Assembly (NCBI RefSeq): GCF_000341895.1
Contig: NC_020409.1
Span: forward strand, 2,670,001 to 2,702,000
Source: Pseudodesulfovibrio piezophilus C1TLV30
Lineage (GTDB): Bacteria > Desulfobacterota > Desulfovibrionia > Desulfovibrionales > Desulfovibrionaceae
Length of the DNA: 32,000 nt
Direction: 5' to 3'
The notes beneath the pieces were generated by a model. It did not search any database. It saw only the letters and a program-made list of their open reading frames with translations, and had not been told where the DNA came from. Positions 15,514 through 23,255 of this stretch are shown here, piece after piece (position 1 is the stretch's first letter; every line of letters starts with the position of its first letter). A program made the translations under genes and the position numbers.

Positions 15514-16509
15514 TTAGTCGTATTCAACTGCCGAGAATTTCATCAGTGCATCCCAATTATGGATGGCTTCCACGTAACGAATAGTGCCAGTCTTGCCCCG
15601 CATGACCAGAGATGATGTCTCTGCACCATGGCCGTGATAAGCAACGCCCTTGAGGAAGGTTCCGCCGGATATCCCGGTTGCCGCGAAGAAAAGGTCCTCG
15701 CTCTTGACCAGATCGTTGACGGTCAGGACTCGGCGAACGTCCATGCCATATTCGGCAAGGGCATTCTTCTCGTCCTGTTTCTGCGGGTCGAGCTTGGCGA
15801 ACATCTCTCCACCCATGATACGGATGGCAGTGGCAGAAAGCACACCTTCAGGAGTGCCGCCCGTTCCCATCATGACATCGACTTCGCTTCGGGGATCAAT
15901 GGCCATGAGGGAGCCTGTCACATCGCCATCAGTGTGCAACTGGATGCGCGCTCCGGCTTCGCGGATTTCACTGATAAGTTTCTTGTGGCGGGGCTTATCC
16001 AGAACAAACACGACCAGATCGTCCACATCCTTATCCAGGGCGCGGGCTATCAATTTGAGGTTGTGTCCGGTGGGGGCTTCGATATCGACGACATCCTTTG
16101 CCTGGGCCGGAACCACCAGTTTCTGCATGTAGAAACTCGGGCCTGGATCAAACATGGCGCCTGCCGGAGCAACGCCGACAACCGAAATGGCGTTGGGGCG
16201 TCCGAAAGCGAGCAGGTTCGTGCCTTCAAGGGGGTCCACGGCTATGTCAACCTTGGGACCGTTACCCAGTCCGAGGCTTTCGCCGTTGAAGAGCATGGGG
16301 GCGTCGTCTTTTTCGCCCTCACCGATCATGACCTTGCCATCAATTTCAAGCGTGTTGAAGCACAGGCGCATGGCATCCACGGCGGCCTGGTCTGCGGAGA
16401 TCTTGTCTCCCTTGCCGAGCCATCGAGCGCAGGCAAGAGCCGCGGCTTCGGTGACGCGAACAAGGTCGAGGGCAAGGTTCTTCTGGGGTGCTTCCGTATG
16501 CATAGTCAA
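15514..16509 (-). CDS. glpX: Class II fructose-1,6-bisphosphatase (GlpX type)
   Basis: 331 aa. LALDLVRVTEAAALACARWLGKGDKISADQAAVDAMR parallels E. coli GlpX [37 protein letters not shown]. The track start is TTG 16509; ATG 16503 is an alternative. GGAG at 16514-16517 overlaps the tkt stop. Confidence 0.9.
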   Translation of the reverse strand: MTMHTEAPQKNLALDLVRVTEAAALACARWLGKGDKISADQAAVDAMRLCFNTLEIDGKVMIGEGEKDDAPMLFNGESLGLGNGPKVDIAVDPLEGTNLLAFGRPNAISVVGVAPAGAMFDPGPSFYMQKLVVPAQAKDVVDIEAPTGHNLKLIARALDKDVDDLVVFVLDKPRHKKLISEIREAGARIQLHTDGDVTGSLMAIDPRSEVDVMMGTGGTPEGVLSATAIRIMGGEMFAKLDPQKQDEKNALAEYGMDVRRVLTVNDLVKSEDLFFAATGISGGTFLKGVAYHGHGAETSSLVMRGKTGTIRYVEAIHNWDALMKFSAVEYD

Positions 16510-16516
16510 ATAACTC

Positions 16517-18481
16517 CTAGTATTTCTGGCGGATCATGCTGGCAAAGTTCTCGGGAGTGAAGCCATATTTATCTGATAAAATCTTGCCGGGTGCGCTGGC
16601 ACCGAAGTGATCCACGCCGAGCACGACTCCGCCAAGGCCGACATACTTGTACCAGTAGTCGGTGCGGCCGGCTTCGGCTGCGGCACGAGAAGTCACTTCA
16701 GGCGGCAGAACTGCATTCTTATATGAATCGGGTTGATCGTCAAACAGCTTGGCAGAGGGCATGGAAACCACGCGGACCTTGCGTTTGAAGAGCTTGGCCG
16801 TTTCCAGGGCCAGAGAGACCTCGGAGCCGGAAGCGATAAGGATCAGTTCCGGGGTGCCTTCGCAATCCTTGAGAATGTAGCCGCCTTTGCGAGGTCCGTC
16901 GATAACTGCCGGGTACTCGGCCGGGTCCATCACAGGCAGCCCTTGGCGGGTCAGGAATATGACCGAGGGATGCTTTTCCTGTTTGAGAGCTATATCCAGG
17001 CATACTGCTGTTTCCTGTGCATCAGCGGGCCGCAGGTCAATGAGGTCCGGGATCAGACGCAGGGAGCTGACATGCTCGATAGGCTGGTGGGTCGGACCGT
17101 CTTCGCCGACCCAGAAGGAATCGTGAGTGAAGACGTACAACACAGGCAATTCTTGCAGGGAGGACATGCGAATGGCGTTGCGGCAGTAATCGGAGAAGGT
17201 CAGGAATGTCGCTCCGAACGGCAGCAGACCGCCATGCAGTTGCATCCCGTTCATGATGGCGGCCATGGGGAACTCGCGGACGCCGAAGGCGAGGTTGCGG
17301 GAAGCATAGCCGTCGACGGCAAAGTCACCGTAAGTGGTACGGAAGTTCAGAGTCTGGTTGGAAGGGTCGAGGTCTGCGGAACCGCCGACCAGGGTCGGTA
17401 GAGAATCCATGACCGCATCAAGGCACTTGCCCCAGGCCTGACGGGTGGCCATGGTTTCACCGGGAGTGAATTCAGGCCAGGCTATTTCAAGCTCGGGACG
17501 CGGTTTGGTGACGTGGCCCCACATCTCGGCAAAATCGGCTTCGGAAAGCTTGGCATCGACCACGGTCTGCCAGTCAGCGGCTTTTTTGCGCATGCTGTCA
17601 AATCGGGCGCGGTAGGATTCGAGCACATCGGCTGGGACATGGAAATCATCGGCAGGCAGGCCGAGTTTCTTTTTGGTTGCAGCGATTTCATCGGCTTTGA
17701 GCGGTTCACCATGGGTCTTGTGGCTGCCTTCCATGGTGGCGCAGCCCTTGGCCATGGTCGTGTGACCGATGATCAGGGTCGGTTTTGAAGTCTCCTGCTG
17801 TCCGGCCTTGATGGCGGCGCGAATCTCGTCATGATTGTGGCCATCCACTTCAATGACGTGCCAACACATGCCTTCAAAGACTTTCTTGTGGTCTGTGCAG
17901 TCGGAATTGCAGGTAGGCCCGGCCAGCTGAATCTTGTTGGAGTCGTAGTAGGCGATGATCTTGCCAAGTCCCCAGAGACCGGCCAGAGAAGCAGCGCCCA
18001 GGGCGATCGGTTCCTGAAGATCTCCATCGGAGGAGAGGACGTATGTATAATGGTCCACAACGTCACTTCCCAGTTTTTCCCGCAGGTATGCTTCTGCCGC
18101 GGCAAAGCCCACAGACATGCTGAAGCCCTGTCCCAGAGGGCCGGTCGTGGCCTCGACGCCTGGAGTTAGGTGCACTTCGGGGTGTCCGGGGGTCAGAGAG
18201 CCGAGCTGTCTGAAATTCTGGATGTCCTCAATGGAAATGAAGCCGTTGAGGTGCAGCAGGCTATAGAGTAGCATGGATTCATGCCCCGCGGACAGGATGA
18301 AGCGGTCACGGTTGAACCACTTCGAGTCGTCGGGGTTGAAGTTCAGGAACTCGGAATACAGGATGGTGGCGTAGTCGGCGGAGGACATTGCGCCGCCGGG
18401 ATGACCCGAATTGGCCTTGGCAACGCCGTCCATGATCAGTCCCTTGACCACGGCGATAGTCTTTTCCGTCTGATTGCTCAT
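16517..18481 (-). CDS. tkt: Transketolase
   Basis: 654 aa with N-terminal ANSGHPGGAMSSADYATILY and the ThDP motif region SDGDLQEPIALGAASLAGLWGLGKIIAYYDSNKIQLAG. Full-length relative to typical bacterial Tkt. Confidence 0.95.
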   Translation of the reverse strand: MSNQTEKTIAVVKGLIMDGVAKANSGHPGGAMSSADYATILYSEFLNFNPDDSKWFNRDRFILSAGHESMLLYSLLHLNGFISIEDIQNFRQLGSLTPGHPEVHLTPGVEATTGPLGQGFSMSVGFAAAEAYLREKLGSDVVDHYTYVLSSDGDLQEPIALGAASLAGLWGLGKIIAYYDSNKIQLAGPTCNSDCTDHKKVFEGMCWHVIEVDGHNHDEIRAAIKAGQQETSKPTLIIGHTTMAKGCATMEGSHKTHGEPLKADEIAATKKKLGLPADDFHVPADVLESYRARFDSMRKKAADWQTVVDAKLSEADFAEMWGHVTKPRPELEIAWPEFTPGETMATRQAWGKCLDAVMDSLPTLVGGSADLDPSNQTLNFRTTYGDFAVDGYASRNLAFGVREFPMAAIMNGMQLHGGLLPFGATFLTFSDYCRNAIRMSSLQELPVLYVFTHDSFWVGEDGPTHQPIEHVSSLRLIPDLIDLRPADAQETAVCLDIALKQEKHPSVIFLTRQGLPVMDPAEYPAVIDGPRKGGYILKDCEGTPELILIASGSEVSLALETAKLFKRKVRVVSMPSAKLFDDQPDSYKNAVLPPEVTSRAAAEAGRTDYWYKYVGLGGVVLGVDHFGASAPGKILSDKYGFTPENFASMIRQKY

Positions 18482-18504
18482 TGTAGTACCCTTTTTAAAG
18501 TTTT

Positions 18505-18945
18505 TTATTTGGAGACAGTGTCAATGAGGTCGATGCGCCGCTGATGCCGGTCGCCACCGAAGTCCGTTTCCAAAAATGCCTTGAGAATCCCCAGCGCAAC
18601 ACCTTGGCCGGTGACTCGTTCTCCCAGACAGAGGATGCGAGCATCATTGTGCTCGCGCGACATCCGGGCGAGAAATTCGTTGGTGCACAGAGCCGCTCGG
18701 ACTCCCATGCGGTTGGCGGTCATGGTCATGCCCTGGCCTGTTCCGCAAATGAGCACGCCAAGTTTTTCGTTGTCCGCCTTGATCTTGTCCACGACCTTGG
18801 CCGCGAACAGAGGGTAATCGCAGGAGTCGAGGCAGTCCGGGCCTTCGTCTTCTACAGTGTATCCCCAGTCCTGAAGTGCTTCTATAAGAACTTTCTTGAG
18901 ATTGAAGCCCCCATGATCCGAGCCGATGACAATGGTTTTGCTCAT
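18505..18945 (-). CDS. rpiB: Ribose-5-phosphate isomerase B (RpiB/LacAB family)
   Basis: 146 aa. MSKTIVIGSDHGGFNLKK...GVLICGTGQGMTMTANR...RILCLGERV is characteristic of RpiB. Confidence 0.9.
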   Translation of the reverse strand: MSKTIVIGSDHGGFNLKKVLIEALQDWGYTVEDEGPDCLDSCDYPLFAAKVVDKIKADNEKLGVLICGTGQGMTMTANRMGVRAALCTNEFLARMSREHNDARILCLGERVTGQGVALGILKAFLETDFGGDRHQRRIDLIDTVSK

Positions 18946-18963
18946 ATTGGATTTCCCCTGATG

Positions 18964-19278
18964 TTAGTCCTGATCCTTGCGGAGCGCGGACATCCGTTCT
19001 TCCCTGTCGAGTGCCAGCTCAGTTCTCAGGGTTTCGATTTCTTCCTTGAGAAAATCAATCTGCCTGAGGCTGAGTTCCTTCTCGTCCTTCTTCCCTCTCG
19101 GCGACTCGGCGAGTCGTCCGAGGATGCCATATTCCCGATTGAGTTCTTTTTCAAGTCTACTGATCTCGAAACGCGTCAGAACAGATTTGCCAAGCCATTT
19201 GACTTCAGCGGTCCAGGTTTTCAATCCCAGCAGAAAAACTTCCAGAACCGTTTCGTTCCCTTGTGTCGTCTCACTCAT
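18964..19278 (-). CDS. Hypothetical coiled-coil protein (104 aa)
   Basis: Its ATG overlaps the upstream stop by 1 nt (TAATG at 19276-19280). The sequence is charged and heptad-like (RFEISRLEKELNREYGILGRL...LRQIDFLKEEIETLRTELALDREERMSALRK). No signal peptide, and I recognise no family. Confidence 0.55.
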   Translation of the reverse strand: MSETTQGNETVLEVFLLGLKTWTAEVKWLGKSVLTRFEISRLEKELNREYGILGRLAESPRGKKDEKELSLRQIDFLKEEIETLRTELALDREERMSALRKDQD

Positions 19279-20153
19279 TATTTATCCTCATATGGGGCAG
19301 GAATATCTTTTTCATCCAAACGGTTGGAACCATAATCCAGGCGACGAAAAAGAATATCAGCCGGAAGTACCAGTTTGGTGGCCTTTTTCGGCCATGGTTT
19401 CACCTTAAGCTCTCGAGTCTTTATGCGCAAGACTCCTTTTTCTCCGTCGTCCATACCCAGTACCATTCTGGAAGGAAGAGGAACTTTGGCCGCGTTATTT
19501 TCATAGCGGTCGATCTCAAGTTTCCATGCACGAGCTGACTCATACCCATTGAGGGTCTTCCCCTCAAGTATAATCGGTTGTCCTGTCATGCTCAGGGTGA
19601 GACTGGATGTGTTTTCCCCATGGAAGGTATAGGTGAAGCCGTTCTCGACTGGGAGCACCTGAAGATATTCTTTGGGTATCAGCTCAGAGAAGTCTCCCAT
19701 GATAACATGGCCCAATTGGGACAGGGAAAATGGGAACGGCATCCCCAGGCTGGTCGCACCGAGCATCGGGTTCGCGTGGGCGTAAGCTCTGTTTTCAGTG
19801 GGGTAGAAGACAAGCAGGCCTTTGTCATCTTCTCGGATATGGGCCAGAATCTTGCCGATGCCTGCGGCGACATCCATCCGCATGGGGCCCTCGAAATTCC
19901 CCCAGAGCGAGAGAACTGTCCGGTTGGTGCGCCGGACAGGGGTGAATCGTGTATAATACAAAGAGGCTTTGACCTGTATGCCGGAAGCCTTGGTCGGGAC
20001 GCAATACTGCTGTCTGAATGCCTGCCATGTCGATTCCGGCAAGGCTTCCGAAGCCCCTGTGACTCGCTTGGGTGTGCAACCGGGAGCGAGTACCAGAAGG
20101 AGCATGACCACGGAAAGCGCGGTCTGCGACAATGTGCGCCTTGCAGTGATCAT
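19278..20153 (-). CDS. Exported protein or probable lipoprotein of unknown function (LolA/LolB-like fold suspected, unverified)
   Basis: 291 aa with an N-terminal signal sequence ending LLLVLAPGC (near-lipobox; Pro at -2 is atypical). The start overlaps the TPR gene's stop as ATGA (20150-20153). The mature part is mixed-polarity and looks beta-rich. Confidence 0.6.
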   Translation of the reverse strand: MITARRTLSQTALSVVMLLLVLAPGCTPKRVTGASEALPESTWQAFRQQYCVPTKASGIQVKASLYYTRFTPVRRTNRTVLSLWGNFEGPMRMDVAAGIGKILAHIREDDKGLLVFYPTENRAYAHANPMLGATSLGMPFPFSLSQLGHVIMGDFSELIPKEYLQVLPVENGFTYTFHGENTSSLTLSMTGQPIILEGKTLNGYESARAWKLEIDRYENNAAKVPLPSRMVLGMDDGEKGVLRIKTRELKVKPWPKKATKLVLPADILFRRLDYGSNRLDEKDIPAPYEDK

Positions 20154-21907
20154 AGCGCGTTGAGTTTCTTCTTGATCCTGTCGCTGTATTTGGAATTGTA
20201 CTTCAAGGATAAATTGTAGGCTCTGCCGGCTGATTTGACTTTGCCCATGGCGCTGGCAATATCCCCGTAATGTTCCCAGATGGTGGGATCACTGTCCATG
20301 ATATCCACAGCAAAGCGGATATTCTCCCATGCTTCATCAAGTCGGTTCATCTTGAAAAAGACCCAGGCTACGGAATCGAGGATGTAGGGGTTGTCCGGTT
20401 CCAGCATCGCTGCCTTCTGTACCAGAACAAGGGCGCGGTCCAGATCCAGGTTCTCATCTGCAAGCATGTACCCTACAGAGTTGAGTGCTCCGGTATGGTC
20501 CGGGTGATCGTGAAGAATTGCCTCCAAGAGTTCCAGCCCCTCGGAACGTCGCCCTACCTGATCATAGATCATCGCCAGCGTGTAATTGAGATTGGGGTTG
20601 TCCGCCATGCGCTTCAGGCCTTCTTTGAGAACTTTTTCAGCTGCGGTCCAATTTCCCTGACTTTCAAAGAAGCTGGATTCGATAATGTAGAAGATAGGAC
20701 CATCCGGATAGAGTGCTTTTGCCTTCCTGACAACGGCAAAAGCTTTTTCTTCCTGACCTTGCGCATGGTAAAGTTGAGCTTGAAAGCGGAGTGCGTGCGG
20801 ATAAAGGCGGTCGTTCTCCTTGACTTTGGCGAGGTAGGCCAGAGCCTTTTCCTGATCGTTTTCACCTTCGTTGGCTATGACCGCTTTGTTGAAGAAGTAT
20901 TCAGCGGGGATCTCTCCGTCGCTGGTCAGCATATCCAGTACGGTTGAACCCTGGGCATAGAATTTGTCATTGATGAACATGAGTGCTGCATCAAGGATAA
21001 AGCTTTTGGACTGGGGACCTTCCAAGGCCATGGTCAACGCACGATCCGGGTTGTTCAGTTTGAGGTTAACGTTAATCAAACGCAAACGTACTTCGGGGAA
21101 CGGGTCGCCGTTGGCGAGAATGCTTGTATATGTCTTTTCGGCCGCGACATAGTCTTTGATCATGTCATACTGGTAGGCCAGTTCTACCATGGCTTCAGTA
21201 AAATCCGGGTCCATGGCGACAGCTTTACGCAGGTTGTTGATGGCGGCTTTACGCATCTCCAGGTTGCCCTGTACTCGTCCCATGGCATAGAATGTGTCTG
21301 CCGTGCGTTTGGCATCCGGTATGGCTTTGAGTTGATCGAGCGCTTCAGCGTCCTTGCCCGCATCCATCAACATCTGTCCCAACCGTTCACGTGCCGGGAT
21401 GTCGTTCGGGTGCCGTTTCAGGTATTGGCTCATGACATCAATGGCAGCATCGGCTTCATTGTCGACAATATATGAATTGGCCAGATAAATGGTCAGGATC
21501 TGATTGTCCGGGAATTGGGCCAGACCTTCTTTGAGAGCCATGCGTGAACGAGTGGCTCCACTTGGATCATTCCAGAACAATCCCGCTTTTTCCAGGTAGA
21601 GCTGTGGAGTCGGAGTCGCTTTCAGCAGATTATTCAGGGCTGCCTCTGCACGAGCTTTGATTTTGGCAATTTCCTTTTGTGAGATCTTGTTGCCCTTGGC
21701 ATCGGCTTCGTGGCGTTGCAGGCGTTGCAATTGATCTTGATAGACCAGGTAATCGTAATCCAGTTCCGCACTCTCTGACAGCGGACGTGGCGACGGCAAC
21801 GGAGCCCTGGTCCGTGTTGAACATGCGGTCAGGCCCAAGAGGGCGAGGGTGATCATTGTAGCGGCCAAAACAGTGTTGGCGGGCAAACGGTGTGTCATGT
21901 GTGGCAT
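20150..21907 (-). CDS. TPR-repeat lipoprotein
   Basis: 585 aa with a signal peptide and canonical lipobox LLGLTAC. The rest is repeated about 34-residue TPR-like units (A..Y...G......A...L.KA...P). AGGAA RBS lies in the 14-nt gap after rpoH. Confidence 0.8.
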   Translation of the reverse strand: MPHMTHRLPANTVLAATMITLALLGLTACSTRTRAPLPSPRPLSESAELDYDYLVYQDQLQRLQRHEADAKGNKISQKEIAKIKARAEAALNNLLKATPTPQLYLEKAGLFWNDPSGATRSRMALKEGLAQFPDNQILTIYLANSYIVDNEADAAIDVMSQYLKRHPNDIPARERLGQMLMDAGKDAEALDQLKAIPDAKRTADTFYAMGRVQGNLEMRKAAINNLRKAVAMDPDFTEAMVELAYQYDMIKDYVAAEKTYTSILANGDPFPEVRLRLINVNLKLNNPDRALTMALEGPQSKSFILDAALMFINDKFYAQGSTVLDMLTSDGEIPAEYFFNKAVIANEGENDQEKALAYLAKVKENDRLYPHALRFQAQLYHAQGQEEKAFAVVRKAKALYPDGPIFYIIESSFFESQGNWTAAEKVLKEGLKRMADNPNLNYTLAMIYDQVGRRSEGLELLEAILHDHPDHTGALNSVGYMLADENLDLDRALVLVQKAAMLEPDNPYILDSVAWVFFKMNRLDEAWENIRFAVDIMDSDPTIWEHYGDIASAMGKVKSAGRAYNLSLKYNSKYSDRIKKKLNAL

Positions 21908-21921
21908 ATGGGTTCCTGTTC

Positions 21922-23001
21922 CTAGTCGTGCTCCAGCACCCAGTCCTTGGAGAAGTCCTTGACCTTGTCAGTCATGAACTCGCGTATTTTGGCGAGCAGG
22001 CGTGCCTCAATTTGGCGCACACGCTCTCTGGTCACCTCGAACCGTTCTCCTATCTCCCGCAAGGTAATCGGGTCTTCGGAGAGCAAACGGTCATCAAGAA
22101 TAGCCAGTTCCTTTTCATTCAGTTTCGGTCGGATCGCCTTGATGTTCTCCAAAAGGAGTTCCACAAGCTGATCGCTGGCGATGGTATCCTCAACTCCCGG
22201 TCCAAGGGAAGGGAGAAAATCCATCTTGGTCGCATCGGAATCTTCTCCGAGTGGCGTGTTGAGCGACATGTCATTTTTCGAGAGCCTCTGGTCCATCTCT
22301 TCGATTTCAGTTTCACTGACTCCAAGCGATTTGCTGAGCGCCTCTGTGGTGGGGTCGAATCCCATGGTCTGGAGGCGCTGGCGTTCCTTGTTCAGATTAT
22401 AGAACAGCTTGCGCTGAGTCTGGGTGGTGCCCACCTTGACCATGCGCCAGTTGTCCATGATGTATTTCAGGATGTATGCCTTGACCCAGAAGGCGGCGTA
22501 GTATGAAAACTTGATGCCTTTTTCGGGGTCGAATTTGGTCACTGCCTTGAGTAACCCCACATTGCCCTCCTGAATCAGGTCCAGGGCGTTTTGCATCCAG
22601 CGTCGCTGGAAATCCATGGCAATCTTGACCACGAGGCGCAGGTGTGAAGAGACGAGCTTGAAAGCCGCATCCTGATCGTTCTCGTCCTGAACCCGTTTGG
22701 CGAGAGCGTACTCTTCCTCTGGCTCCAGCATCGGGAAACGGGCTATCTCCTTGAGATAGAGCTGCAGGGGATCGCGGACCCTGACTTCCTTGGATGTCTG
22801 GGACTGAAAGGCGGGAAGCCTTTTTTCCACGGGCGCAATTTTGGCCGGGGGGCGGGATTTCTTTGACTCGGCTTCCAGGTCTGCGAGGACTGCGTCGTCA
22901 AGCTCCGGTTCATCGGAGTCCGTTTTGTCGAGTTCGGAATCCATGATCTCCGGTTCCACTACTTCAGTGTGTTTGGCTGTTTTTTTCTCGGTAGATGGCA
23001 T
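21922..23001 (-). CDS. rpoH: RNA polymerase sigma-32-type (RpoH-like) sigma factor with an acidic N-terminal extension
   Basis: Regions 2-4 of sigma-70 are present (DLIQEGNVGLLKAVTKFDPEKGIKFSYYAAFWVKAYI). An RpoH-box-like TTQTQRKLFYNLNKERQRL compares with E. coli TTKAQRKLFFNLRKTKQRL. There is about 75 extra N-terminal residues rich in D/E. No SD precedes ATG 23001, so the start is somewhat uncertain. Confidence 0.85.
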   Translation of the reverse strand: MPSTEKKTAKHTEVVEPEIMDSELDKTDSDEPELDDAVLADLEAESKKSRPPAKIAPVEKRLPAFQSQTSKEVRVRDPLQLYLKEIARFPMLEPEEEYALAKRVQDENDQDAAFKLVSSHLRLVVKIAMDFQRRWMQNALDLIQEGNVGLLKAVTKFDPEKGIKFSYYAAFWVKAYILKYIMDNWRMVKVGTTQTQRKLFYNLNKERQRLQTMGFDPTTEALSKSLGVSETEIEEMDQRLSKNDMSLNTPLGEDSDATKMDFLPSLGPGVEDTIASDQLVELLLENIKAIRPKLNEKELAILDDRLLSEDPITLREIGERFEVTRERVRQIEARLLAKIREFMTDKVKDFSKDWVLEHD

Positions 23002-23065
23002 GCTTTTATTTGTCGGGTAATTTTGGTACCCGCTTCAATACTAATTATAAGAATAAGAAACTGAC

Positions 23066-23092
23066 ATTATAGTTTTTGTTTTTACTTTTCAA
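23066..23092 (-). promoter_or_regulatory. Candidate sigma-70 promoter for rpoH
   Basis: Minus-strand TTGAAA (23092-23087), a 15-nt spacer, then a perfect TATAAT (23071-23066) in an AT-rich block about 65 nt upstream of the ATG. The spacer is short. This is a hexamer match only. Confidence 0.3.
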
Positions 23093-23170
23093 TGTTTTTC
23101 CCTCTGTGCAAGGTTGTGCAGGAAACTGCTCATCGTCAAGAGGTTGTCAATCGGCCTCTGTGAAAAGTAC

Positions 23171-23199
23171 TTGATTTTAAGGTCGTCAAAGACTATATT
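23171..23199 (+). promoter_or_regulatory. Candidate sigma-70 promoter for metH
   Basis: TTGATT (23171-23176), a 17-nt spacer, then TATATT (23194-23199), about 55 nt upstream of the GTG start. The track's TTG start at 23199 sits inside the -10 hexamer, which argues against that start. Confidence 0.45.
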
Positions 23200-23255
23200 T
23201 GAATATCTTGATATACGAATTAAACAGCCCGTCAAGGGCGTTTCAGGAGAGTAAC

